NCBI GenBank assembly: GCA_047495785.1 | Contig: JBLDXI010000013.1 | Span: forward strand, 4,402,001 to 4,466,000 | DNA: 64,000 nt | Direction of reading: 5' to 3' | Source of the DNA: Lepidodermella squamata | Taxonomy: Eukaryota; Animalia; Gastrotricha | Shown: positions 50,258-62,828 of the stretch, one piece after another | Layout of the letters: every line of letters starts with the position of its first letter | Position numbering within the stretch: position 1 is the stretch's first letter | Notes under the pieces: model-generated | The model's database searches: none | Seen by the model: only the letters and a program-made list of their open reading frames with translations | What the model was told of the DNA's origin: nothing | Made by a program: the position numbers and the translations under genes

Positions 50258-51240
50258 TTTTATTAAGTCTAGAGAGGAATGTAGAATAAAATAGTAACTT
50301 TAAGCGATAGTGTTAGAGAAAAATGTAAAAGTCTTGGAAACGAGCGAATAACTCATTACCACTTCTCATGACAGTTACTTCTTAACCTTTGGTTTGATGT
50401 CACCGATTACAATAAAAAAAGAAACAGATCACGCGCATTGTGGCCGAGAACTAGGATGCACAAGCTGCGAGCTCCAAGGAAATTTACAAGTTTTGCTATA
50501 ACAATCGATAATCGCGGAGCTACTAGCGAGAAACAACAGCAATAGAAACTGCCCGCTGTTTTAGAAGTTGCAACGTGTAGGGGCAGGGGCGGTCGGCGGT
50601 TGTGCTTAATTGAGTCTTGAGAGGCGCTAGCGACTCACTTGTAGCTTGTAGCCGCCGTACACGCAGTGTTGCCAAGGCTAAGGGCGTCTTAAAATTGGTA
50701 CTTGATTACTTAGAACGTGAAAGATGAAAGGAAGGTCTTAACCCACCCTGGAGGTTCCGGTAAAATTAACGACCGCAATGAAACATTGAAGCTGCTTCAG
50801 TTTGCTCTACACGAAGTGAAAAATTCCCCAGGTCTAAAACTGATTGCGAGAAATCAAGTCCAAAGTTACTAGAAAGGTATGAGTTTCAAGTTTCAAGTTT
50901 CAAGTGTCCCTCTCAGCGTGGTTTTTCAGCTTTTCAGCGGCTCATTTTCGGATTCTTCGGAGATTTCTCGCGCAAGGATTTTCTATTTTTGTAGTTATTT
51001 TGCTTTAGACTGATATATTTTGCCAGATCGAACAAAATGTTATCATTGAATTCTTTTTAACTAAAGCACTTGGAACAGATTACAATTATTGAAAAATATC
51101 GGTTAGTCATTCTAACGGAGGGTGTCAAGCTGCCAAATCTTTTGGGTGTCTCATCGTCGACCTCAGCTCCAATCCAAGTTCTCTCACCGCTTCGCTCTTT
51201 CGGACTTTGTCAGTCATCAACAGACGCGTAAGATATCACG

Positions 51241-51904
51241 ATGGTAATGCTTCTTGATAAAATGTTTCAAGCCATGTCTCAAGTAAAAGTTATGTTTTGC
51301 AGTTAGTCCTCGTCTTGGGAGATTTACACATTCCATACCGATGCGCAGCTCTACCCGCTAAATTCAAAGAGTTGCTTGTTCCGGGAAAAATTCAGCACAT
51401 TCTTTGTACAGGCAATCTATGTACGAAAGAAATAATCGATTACTTGAAAAGCTTAGCTCCTGACCTGCACACTGTTAAAGGAGATTTCGACGAGTCATCT
51501 CATGTAGAACAAAAAATTGTGACGGTTGGTCAGGTTCGTATCGGTCTCTGTCATGGACATCAGATAGTTCCTTGGGGCGATCCTGAAAGCCTTGCCCATG
51601 TTCAGCGCCAAATGGATGTCGATATTCTAATTTACGGTCACACCCACAAGCAAGAAGCTTATGAAAAGTACGGCAAGTATTTCCTCAATCCCGGTTCCGC
51701 CACGGGAGCGTACAGTTCTCTCGAAAAGTGAGTTCTTGTTTGATTTTGCACCAGCGGGACCTACTATTCATGCTATCTATTTACAGCGAGACTGTGCCGT
51801 CTTTTGCTCTTCTTGATGTGCAACAGTCGACTGTTACGTGTTATTTGTATCAGCTCATCAATAACAAAGTCGAGGTCAAGAAAACGGAATACAAGAAGAA
51901 TTGA
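51241..51904 (+). CDS. VPS29: Retromer subunit VPS29
   Basis: ATG-only first coding segment 51241-51243 followed by GT, then exons 51303-51727 and 51787-51904. [12 protein letters not shown]...GHTH...NPGSATGAY. Confidence 0.97.
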
Positions 51905-52143
51905 GATCCCTCTTTTAACGGCCGCCATCGAGTGCAAATGCTTATAGTTCTTTCTGCTCCGAGAGTAACTTTGATTGTGTTATGTATGTTGTGAAAATCG
52001 CATGTCCCAAGTGGAGCGTTACGCTTTTATAAATCTTATCTTAAATATCGAAAGATATATCATTGATTTACGGACGATTTTTGAATTGAACAAAACTGAT
52101 TGATTTAATTTCTCTTTAATTTTAGGTTTATTAATAATTTGTG

Positions 52144-54304
52144 ATGACACAACGTTCCTGGAAGTTACGTAAGTGCTTTCATAGCGATTTCATAGCAATC
52201 TTTCATCTTTCTTTGTCATTGTACAGAGGAATTCGTTGCGCATGGTGGAGCGGTGACATGTGCGTGCCTCGGATCTGCCAACGCTAAGCTGTTGGCCACC
52301 GGCGGCGAGGATAATCGCATTAATATATACACGGTCGACAAGCCATCATGTATTGTCGCGCTTTCTGGACACAATGCACCAGTTGAGAGCGTGCGATTCA
52401 GTCCTCATGACAACATTATATCCGGCGGATCGCGGTCAGGTGTTATAAAACTGTGGTCTCTCGATCAGATGAAACTGCTTCGTGCATTGAGCGGTCACGC
52501 CTCATCAGTTTACAGCATAGATTTCCACCCGTTCGCTGATTACATCGCCACGGGCTCGGCAGATACAGCCGTTAAATTGTTTGACATTCGCAAAAAGAGT
52601 TGCCTAATGACGTATAAAGCTCATAAAGACGCTGTTAGGTGCGTTCGATTTACACCAGACGGTCATTACATCATAAGTGGTGGAGAGGATTACTCAATTC
52701 GTGTGTGGGATATGCGTCAAGGCCGGCAATTGGTTGCGCTGAACGAACACTCCGGTGCAGTGAACTGTTTCGAGTTCCACCCGCATGAAATGCTACTAGC
52801 TAGCGGTGCATCTGACAGGACTGTTCGTTTTTGGGATGTTGATAAGTTCCGGTTTGCAGACGCTACAGATCCTCGTGCTTCAACTAGCGATATTAGAGGG
52901 CTGGCTTTCCACCCAGAAGGGTTGTGCGTTTACGCTGGTATTGACGGCGGCGTTCGGGTATTTTCATGGGAACCGGCCGGCGGCCTCGATTCGTTAACTT
53001 TCACCGGTGTCAGTGGTAGAATGGCTGATATCAGGGTAAATCCAGTCAGTTCGCAGCTGATTTGCGTATCGATGACGAGTCAGACTCAAGTAGTAACCCA
53101 CGCGATTGATTACACGTTATTAGCACCGGTTGCCGACCGACCGTCCGGCCGAACTCCAGACCGGCCAACAACATCTAGACGTAGTTACTCAACCAGTGGC
53201 GATCGGCCACTGACCAGCTGCAATCGAACTAGTCGATTGGACGACGCACCTGGTTCGGCGGTGGGTGCGCAAGACCCGGCAGATGCAGTCGATATTAAAA
53301 ATCTAGATGATTACCGAGCTTTATTCAATCAACCACCACAACCCCAGCAAATAGTCACACCCGGTCCGCCCCGGTTACCGCTGATAATACCCGAAAATAA
53401 CGGTCACCCTGAAGTCACGCCGAGGAGACCTGGCCCTAACCAGGGCTTCCCGCCTGTCCAAAATCACAATAACCCCATCGTCCCAACTCCAGCGGTCGGG
53501 AATTTAACCCATCGAATCGGTGTAGTGGATTTGAAAGATTTCACACCACCAGCTGCTCCGCCGCCTGCCATTCAGGCTGAAATCGATGAGGAGCTGTTTT
53601 GTGCCGAAACAACACAGGGCCATGCGACTGTGGCTCAGGTTACAACGCGGCGGTTGAATGCTCTACGGCACGTTTCTTCAGTGTGGTTCAATCGCGGACC
53701 GAAAGGCGCGGTGGAATTCGCTATTCAAACGAAAGACCCGGCTGTTTTGGTCGATCTTCTAGCAACTTTATCAAAAAGAAGGTAAGATGAAAATTCGTTG
53801 AAAATAATGAAAATCAGAAAGAAAAGTAATGAAGACATTTCCTGAATTTTAAGCTCCAAGAATTAATTGAAAATAAATTGAGAAATGAATTTCAACTTGA
53901 ATATTTTTTCATTTCAGTTCTTTCTGGGATTTGGATCTCTGCTGTTTGGTATTACCCCAGCTTTCTAGTTTGGTATCCAGTAAATACGACGAGTGAGTTT
54001 CATCGATTCTAAAATATTTGATATTTTTTTCAAAAATATTGTGACCGAAATTAGTTATGTGGAACGGGCGTGTACGGTGATTCGGTTGATTTGGACCACA
54101 TTCGAACCTGTAATCCGCTCGACACTAGCATCTCCAAACGTAGGTGTAGACATCGCGCGCGAAGAGCGGCTGAATAAAGCAACGGCATGCCATCGCGAGC
54201 TGCAGAAAATTCGGGACATTGTGGCAAAGCAAGGCGAGGCGCGATCGGGTACCTTCGGCCGAAAACTGCAAGAAATCGCCGTTTTACTGCGGACTCTCGA
54301 CTGA
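52144..54304 (+). CDS. KATNB1: Katanin p80 WD40 subunit B1
   Basis: Exons 52144-52168, 52227-53781, 53918-53992 and 54055-54304. WKLQEFVAH, WD40 repeats (FHPHEMLLASGASDRTVRFWD), and the con80 domain (WDLDLC..VLP, GVDIAREERL.K). Confidence 0.95.
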
Positions 54305-56024
54305 GAATTTAAATAACTACAGAAAAATCGAATGATAATGTGGACCAAATATTTCAATAAATGCTTACTCTATATATAGTCATTCTTTTTACTAACTTAC
54401 TACAAGAGACATCAATCTCAAACCTCGCAACATTTTCTACGTTTAATTCAGTTTTTTTGTGTTTCGAACCCGGGTGAGTCCGAATTACCCTATTCATCAG
54501 TTCGGAACTGTGTAGTAGCGCGACAACAATCGTAGAAAAAATGCGTCGGATAACACTTGTGATGATAATCTGCTGCAAGCCTGAATTTCAACTATATGTT
54601 ATTTGACCCTTATCGAACTAACAAAACTAGCCTTAAATTGTAACAGTTTACAAAGAAAGAACCTGTGATAAATTCTATTAATCATTCAATTACTTGTATC
54701 GCTCTGTTATTATGCATTAAATTCTTCCGTGCACACCGCATAAAATGAAATCCATCATTTTTATTATATTAAAACAAATCGCCAATCACCCCGTTGAAGT
54801 GATATTACGACTATTATACATGCCAATAATAATAATTTTTCCTCCCATTCTTGTTGTAATGATTTAAAGTTGTTTCGCTTGATGAGAAAAAATTCAAAAT
54901 TTTTCGTTTTGTTAATAATTGTTGGTTGATCAATCACGCCAATATTTGCTGCTTTTGATTTTTATGTGGTCACTTTGTGTCGAAAATGCTGCTGCTTCTT
55001 TAGCCTTATATTCGAGAAATATACATGATAAAAAAGTATATACGCAATATTATTATTAAACTCGACTCGTAAAAACACAAAATATTTGCAATTTTTTTCC
55101 AAGAATAAATTGATGATGATATGGCAGTGCTCGTTGTGTAGAGCTGTGAAGACATGAAATTTTCTATTGCATGCTGTGTTTATTGTGTTTATCTGCTTCT
55201 TTTTCTATCCACCCAAATAGATTTTGGTTGTGAAAAGTGAGAATTAATATTATTATTATTATTGAATCTTAACAGCTCCATGTGCCTTTTGAGGAAAGAA
55301 AAACGGGTGTTGACGCGCTATTTCCTATACAATTTTTAGCCTAAAAAGTGATATATATTGCTAACACATTTCGAGATATATACTTATATTATCGCTGATT
55401 TTTTCCGTGTAAAATTTGCATGATGGACCAATCAATCATTCACTGCTATGTTTATAGATGAAAAATTACTAACAAAGCACAAAAAGGTGTTCTATCTGTT
55501 AACCTGTAAAGCCCGTGTTTTTTCAAACCGCATCTACAGCTTCCTGTTATATATTGAATCAAGCGTTGTTTTTTCTATAAAAAACCTGTAGATTTCTATG
55601 ATATTGATTTATGCCTTGAATTATCTTTTGTTTCAAACTATTCCTAATCTCGTTTATGTATAGCGATAGTGCTTTAGTTGACCGATATAATTGATGAAAA
55701 AAATAGCAACGATTTATATAGTCCGCCTTAATCGTTTAAAAATTAGCGGACATATATAGACGATCTCCTGAGAGTATAATAATTTCGCCCACAAATAATC
55801 AGCGGAGAACGGCAGCAGAAAATAAAAGGCTCGACTGAAAGAAATTGCGTTTTTATTGAATTAATTCAATTTTAATTAGTCAGTTTAACAGATAAATAAA
55901 ACAAAGAAAACAACAACAAAAGCAGAAGATGAAATGGGATGAAAAAGCATAATTATACGAAAATTATTTCAATTATATTTGACCGGGTTTCAAGACCAGC
56001 TCCATTGTAGAGGAATTGACGGCA

Positions 56025-57313
56025 TTATGCAGCAAATGGGTCCCAATTGTTGCGACCTTGTAACGTGAAAATATGCTAAAACATTGCGGAAATACCGATG
56101 AATAGCGTACCTCCAGCGTATCCGGTGACCAATTCGTTGGAAATACCCGGGGCTCGTTGGAGCTTCTTAGTACGTTGCGCTTTCAGTTCCATTTGCCGCT
56201 TGGCCTCGGCTACTTTTTCCAAATATTTCTGATGCCGATCAACTGCGAACAAAATAACAGTAAATAATAAATACTTGTTTCTAGCTAACACTGAATGTGA
56301 TCGTCATGTTACACATTTTTTCCTCTATACATGAAGCTTAAATGAGTAGAAACCCTGGCGGATTTTGAAAGGAGTATGGCAATCGATTTCCGGTTTCTTT
56401 AGCCTGTCAAGTCGATCGATGAGCCATGACTCACCGCCACTTCTATTTTTAGCCACAGGCTGTGACTTGGCTCCCTTTGCGACCAAAATACAATATGCGG
56501 GAATATTCGGCTCTCCACAAAAATTTAACGATAATTTAGTTACTGAGCCTGAAGTCTTGGATTGAATTATTAGCTGGAAGTTCTGCTCAATTGCCGCAGA
56601 ATAAAAGTTTGCTGCCTAAATGATGCCGCTAAAAAATGACAAAAGACTCGGTAAACACCGTTGGAATAAGAAACCGAAACCACAGGTGCTCTGATAACAG
56701 TTTAGCTAGCTATCTCAGCTAGTCAACATTTTTTGATAGTAGGTGGTAAAAAATAATGTGACGCACTTTTCACACGACAGAAAATGCAGATGACGGCGAT
56801 TCCAACAATAATGACAGCAGCCATGACACCGACCCTAAAAAAACCGTATCATGAAAATCTACCTTATAATGGCAATCTAATATGATTATTACCCCATTCC
56901 CAGCCCGACAATCATATCCTGCTTGTCTTGTTTCTCCCATTCCGCCTGTTTCACGAAATATACGTGACACCCTGTAAATGGGAAACGAATTTTTTTACGA
57001 TAGTAGCAGCAGGTATGGTGATTGGTCCGGCTTCGGTCGTATTCTGCGCCGCACCCGTGGTCGTAGCCGCTTGAGTTGTGGTCGCCGCAGCTGTTGTACC
57101 CGCCGCAGCCGCTGCTGTAGTCGCGGCTGCTGCGGTGGTCCCGGCTGCTGCTGCTGTGTTCGCTGCTGCCGTTGTCGCTGCGGCCGTGGTCGCAGCTGCT
57201 GCTGTAGTAGCGGCCACTGTGGTCGTTTCTTGGGCCTCAATTCGGCCGCAATTTTGAACGAGGCCGAATATGACGATCAAACCAGGCAAAATTCGACACC
57301 TGCGTAACATCAT
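56025..57313 (-). CDS. Type I single-pass membrane protein with Ala/Thr-rich mucin-like ectodomain, unknown family
   Basis: Predicted exons 57313-56999, ~56945-56893, ~56834-56766, ~56242-56111 and ~56056-56025. Signal peptide, (TTAAA)n tract, TM segment MIVGLGMGVGVMAAVIIVGIAVICIFC, and a basic tail ending NNWDPFAA. Confidence 0.75.
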
Positions 57314-57630
57314 TCTATTCACCTTTATCACATCGATAGAAAATAAGATGCTGTGGCGCATTTTTTCGCTCTTGGAGAAAAAACCCGAAAAAATCGATGC
57401 GCTAACACGAATGGTTGCTACCTTAAATTCGATTTTCTTTTACCACTGCGCTTTCTCAATTCACCCTTTGATCGGCATTGGCGGTGTGAATGCGACGCAA
57501 AAAACACAAAGATGATTCGTCAAAATCAATTTTATTGAACTCTTTTCTTTGTAACTTGCAAACAACGTGTAAAAAGTTACGCGAACGTGTTGATTCGACT
57601 TGGCAGGTGATCACAAGTTATCGTTGATAT

Positions 57631-60600
57631 TTAAACAGCTTTCTTCTTGAAAGCAAACGCCAGATACACAGCTGAAACATTAAAAAAAATCAAATTAAAT
57701 TCAAATAATTTCAAAACTTGAATTATTTAAAAAATTCGAAATTTAAATTTTAAATTTTAAATTTTTTTGGAAAATTCAAACTTTGAAACTTACTTGCAAC
57801 GTCCCATTGACTTTTCGAGACAGTTCCAATCGGCCAAACCGAGTCGCGGCTTTCAGTCGATCGGCTATTTAAATAATTGACGATGTGCTGCAAATCGTCG
57901 ACGCCAGGCGGGGCGGGTGGGGCGTTCAGAGATTCGACGCCTCGCATGCGGTCAAGCAAATCCAACGCCTCTTTATCCGCTAGGTGGCATTTGAGGAAAA
58001 CGTCGAAATTCATACACAGCTTGAGTTCGAGGCCGTGCCGTTCGGCTAGGAGTTTGCAAAGCGGCCAGTAGACGAGAAATTCGGGGCAGTTCACAGCGCC
58101 GTCGAGGTAAAAGTCGTACGTACATCCAAAGAGGGCTGGGACTGAATTTTTGTCGAAACTGTCCGGAAACTTTATCCGATAAGCGTCGTTGCCGAATTCG
58201 TTATTTTTCGACTCTCGAAGCCGTTTCCTAAAAAAATAGAAGAATTCAAGAGTTGAACAAAAATTCGATCAATCAAATCAAATTATTCGACTTCGGGTAA
58301 TTAGTTCCTATTCAAATATTCAAGGCTATTCGTGACCTGCGATTCACTATAGCTAAGAACTAGAAACGCGCAACATGAATGGGTTCAAGGCAGGGTGCGG
58401 CAAGGGTTTTTCCGCGAGCTTCAGTTACACCTGACTCAGATAATATACGGCATTTCACCTTCATCGCATTGAATGATTCATCGCCAAAATGAATATTCGT
58501 CAGCTAAATTCGCTCATGTCGAAGAAACGCCAGAAATCGCCTGAAAAGCTTCAAAAAAGCGAAGCGCCGATGCGACGAAAATTGCTGTGAAACGCGCCGC
58601 TAAAACTAGGACAAAGCCGGCAGTGCAGCCGGTCGACACTTCGATCGTGCACAGCCGAGACACCGCCCCGCCGAAATCAAAGAATTCATAGGCAAGTGGA
58701 GCTTTCGACAAAGTAGACCAGCCTCGTCTAATCATTCGAACAATGGTAATTATGCCATGTGAAACTAAAATTGCACGCCAAAATACGTCGAGGACTACTT
58801 CGATTCTATCTACCTATGGCTGAAAGATTAGTATCAAGGCTACGATCAAAAATGCTAGTGCAGCTGTTAGACCGATTGTCTTGGCTACAGTGGCCGGTTT
58901 TGAAATTATATCAAGAGATTATAAGCGGAATCTCCGCAACCCAGCTGAGCTGAATCCAGTGATTTAACACCGCCGGCGTGGCAGCAGAGTATGATGGTAG
59001 AAAATACGGCGCCATTCTCATGGGAATTTGGTTTGTAAAAACTTTCAAGCGAGCTCAGAAGAAACTTTCGAGTCTTGGTTTGACGAAATTACAGCGATTT
59101 CTGATGACTTATCGAAACTCGATTTTGGCATCTGGCTAAGGGGATTATAGCCAATAGACTAGAACATTCTAATTATGGACTATTCTGTAAAGCTATATAA
59201 GCAGTGAATGTTGATTTTCATTCAATTGGTTCGCTGCTAGCTAACAAACTACTTCTTTGAGTTATTCAAACACTACAGCTACGAGCCCGTCCGATGTGGA
59301 ATACCTCTTCAGTTCCACTCACGCTGCTCATCGTCGTAAAACAACGGTTCAATCTACTTTTTTAATTAATTTTTCATGTATTTCGCTAATTCCTTGTTGA
59401 ATTTTGATTCGCATCTCGTCTCTTTCATGTCAAGAAAGGGGCCAACGTTGAACCCGAGCAAATCGGCGCTTGGATATACCTGCCTGCGGTACCGCAAATG
59501 ACCAAAATTCTCGCAGAGAATGTCGAATATGCAGCGAATTTTGCAAAATCCAAGCTATTGAAAATGGTACTGTCTATCAATAGCAGAAATGCAAAAGAGC
59601 TTCAGCAAATAAGCTTCTACTTGCAGAAAATGTGACCTGTTGTGCAAATACTTTTTCAGAAGTTTCATCGAGTCTCGCCTACGAACTATGGAATAGATCC
59701 GAATCGCCGTCGAAGTTATTTTGGGACAAAACACTGCAGCGGGAAGGACTAAATTGCATGTGCTGGGACAGCGCTTTCTCGATATTCAGTGCATTATTTT
59801 TTCACTTCAGATGTTCCAAGATTGAACTTCAATCTTAGTGGTCACAGATCGGTGTTTGTCGATCTGAAAGCCTACGGCAAACATGATGTGGTGAACCTTA
59901 ACGCTGAGATGTTTCGATTGCTTCGTCGGCATGCTATTTCCCCGAAACTACGAAATGCGAGGACGTTACTAGCGAGTAACAGTAAAAGCGAGTACAAGCG
60001 ATTTGGGATTACTCATCACGTTCTTATTCTTTCTCATTCTGATACCACTCAGCATGAATGAACTTTGATACTCTTGTCTTTCTTTTTCTGATTTCTTTCT
60101 TTTGATCTGGGTTTGACTTTGGAAAGTTTATCATCACCGTTAGTGTCATCCTTGCAAATTGCGATGATGCCCTACGCTTGCTACCATCCAGTGGCTTTCT
60201 TAATTCCTTCCTATCCCGATAATGCGATACTTTTCCTAAACTACGAAAAATTTCTTTTCTCCTTGATCCGAAATATCGTAATTTCATCAGATGTGCCAAA
60301 TGTGTTATGCTGTGAATCAAGTTCGGCCATAATTATCTTGCAAGCAAACGATGGCAGACCGGAAAGGTTGAGGTACACACGGTATCGAGCGCCCGCAGGA
60401 CGGCGCCAGTTTCGAAGCCAGAAACTGTTGAAAGCAGGCGACGGTTTGATGACATAATAAATGTCGAACATCAACAGACGATGGCTCTGATGCGCTGCGA
60501 GCAGGAAACTGGCATGGAACTCGCCGTCGTGGCGAAGTTTAGGTACTACTCAGCTATGTCGGCCGTCGCGGAGCGCTTGATAGACTACGAATTTTCTTGT

Positions 60601-62715
60601 CATACGTAGCCTTTCGTGCCTTATCTGAATTCGAATGAATCACCTTTGTCAGATAATTGAGTTGCTGACAAAACAGTTAATTTAACTTACACTGTCATGA
60701 CGAGACCCACTCGCCTTTCTAACATCGTCTTTTGCGGCGTTAAGCCTTCTGCCAGTGTAACGATTAGTTATTGCTGTGATTCATGATATTGTTGTTCATG
60801 TTTGTTTGGCATTTGGCCATTGTAGTATCAGCTCATTCATAACTTGGCTTCTATTGCGTTTCCCTCATTAGTCATAGCTGTGGCCTATAATAAGGCGTAG
60901 ATGTATCATTTTCAGTATTCTGGTTATTTTTAATGAAACAATAAAGCATCTCCGGCTTGAAACATTGACTCTTCATGACAGCCAGTCGACTCAAGGCTTC
61001 TAAAGCCTCCAAGAAAACTATCTCACGAATTACTCGTCGATCTACGGGAACGTGTCTTTCAGCAGCGCACAGATGTATTCGTTATTTACAACGAATTCGA
61101 GTTCAGAGATCAGAGATAACTTCGAACTCTCCAGGCAGACAGTCGAGTCGCTTGAAGATCTACTACACGACAATCTGCAGTCCAGGCGTACGCTTCGCAA
61201 TTAGGCATTAACCACCACGCAAATGTTGCTCATCGGACTTCGCTTTTACGCTTCAAAGGGTATTCAGCAAGATTGTTATCAAGAATCATTCAGGAGAATT
61301 CAGCTCTGAAATGATTCATCTGTACGCGCTATTGGTAATCTTAAAATAAGGCTTAATCCGAGCTTCAATCATGGTTAAGCCACATTCATCCAACCTAGAT
61401 GTGCAATCTTTGGTAGCCCCTAACCCTTCAGTTTCCAGAGGAAAAATCTCAGAAAAAATGATGATGCTCGGCAAGAATTAACACTGGAAGACGCTGGAAA
61501 ATCTAGCATGCTTCGATAATTTTCGTTGAGCCAATAGCGATTACAGCGTATCCCAGAAGTTGCGCATCTATTTGTTAATTTGGTAACTTTTGTATGAAAT
61601 TCAAGTAATTTAATGAAATTGAACCTACCGAGAGAATAATCCATACTTTTTTCGCGATTTAACCGAAGAAATTTAAAAATTTACCGGAAAAAACCCGGAA
61701 AACCCCGTAACTGGTTCGGTAATTTTCAGTATGGACCAAATTTCTCTGGGCTTAACATTAACAAGCGACATACTTAATTACTATTCTCGTGGTTTTTTGA
61801 ATATTTCTAAACATTTTCTAGCCATGAGCAGCGACTTTGTTTCTTATTTTAGAGTTTCTGAGCCCTATTTCGTGTATTTTCTTTGCGTGCGTTACTTATG
61901 GGACACGCTGTATGGGGATATTTCGGAAATAGAAATCGAGTGAATTTTTGAAACTTGAAACTTTTAAAATTAAAATTTGAAACCTAAGGCTGATGTGCAA
62001 TTGTTTCTTCTGAAACTTACATAATACGGCACGCATTCGGAATCGTGCCAATGAAATAGCCGCCCGGTTTCAGGTATTCAGCCGCATTTCTGAACATCTG
62101 ATCAGCACGTTCGGGCGTTTCAAACGAGTAGTGAAACGAAAACTGGCACGAAACCAAGTGAAACTCAAACGGCCAAAGCACGTCGCCGGTATTCGCCGAA
62201 GTCGCTTTTTCCAGCACGTTTTCTTTCGCGCAATCAGCAACAATGAACGAGGCGTCGAAAGTACCGCGACGGCTGCTTTTCCGCTTGTGGTCTTGATACC
62301 GAGACTGGCACTCTTCGACAGATTTAGCGGCCAAATCTGCAAACATCACGTGCTTCACCTCGTGTTTCGCCCATTTTTGCAAATCGCCGCCTTTACCACA
62401 CTTGGAAAATGGAAAAAAAATATTAAAAAAATAACCCAAAAAGAAAAATATTCCATACAGCTAAATCAAAGACGAAAATGCGTTTCGTATCATCAGGAAA
62501 GGATTCTCTTGACCGTAATACAAATTTAGCTGCGAAAAAATAAGATGTACATATTTTTCAATTTATAAATTATTTTTCGTACATATTAAAACAGCTTTCA
62601 ACCAGTTATTAAAATTTCGAAGTTGTAAAATCGGGCTACTATGTCGGTTAGCAAGTCCTATACTCTGCCGGTTATTGTAATGTTCAGATACGATCGATTC
62701 ACCAACAAGAGACAT
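57631..62715 (-). CDS. RNMT: mRNA cap guanine-N7 methyltransferase
   Basis: Exons 62715-~62583, ~62529-62459, ~62401-62021, 58227-57794 and 57671-57631. Motifs VSEHYN, SPILQLRNFNNWLKAVLI, DLACGKGGDLQKW, SCQFSFHYSFE, LKPGGYFIGTIP, CPEFLV and VYLAFAFKK. Confidence 0.96.
61544..61910. mobile_element. Tc1/mariner-type MITE, second full copy (in RNMT intron)
   Basis: TA|CAGCGTATCCCA ... TGGGACACGCTG|TA, inverted relative to 40217-40593. Confidence 0.9.
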
Positions 62716-62828
62716 AATATAACTAAAATCGGAAAAAAATCAAAATTAAACTTAATTAAAATCACATAACTTTATTTCACGATCTAATCGTTCAATTGAA
62801 AATCAACATTTTTATTCGAGAAAATTAA

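Noticed and set aside
54354-54578. Minus-strand ORF after an acceptor-like site, a possible alternative last exon of the membrane protein
   Set aside because: No recognisable protein features. It lies in the convergent 3' region next to KATNB1 and has no support without RNA data.
58780-59210. Stop-rich frame that reads protein-like if stops are recoded (alternative code or RNA editing)
   Set aside because: All conserved genes here use the standard code with normal stops. The pattern is explained by an off-frame reading of decayed sequence.
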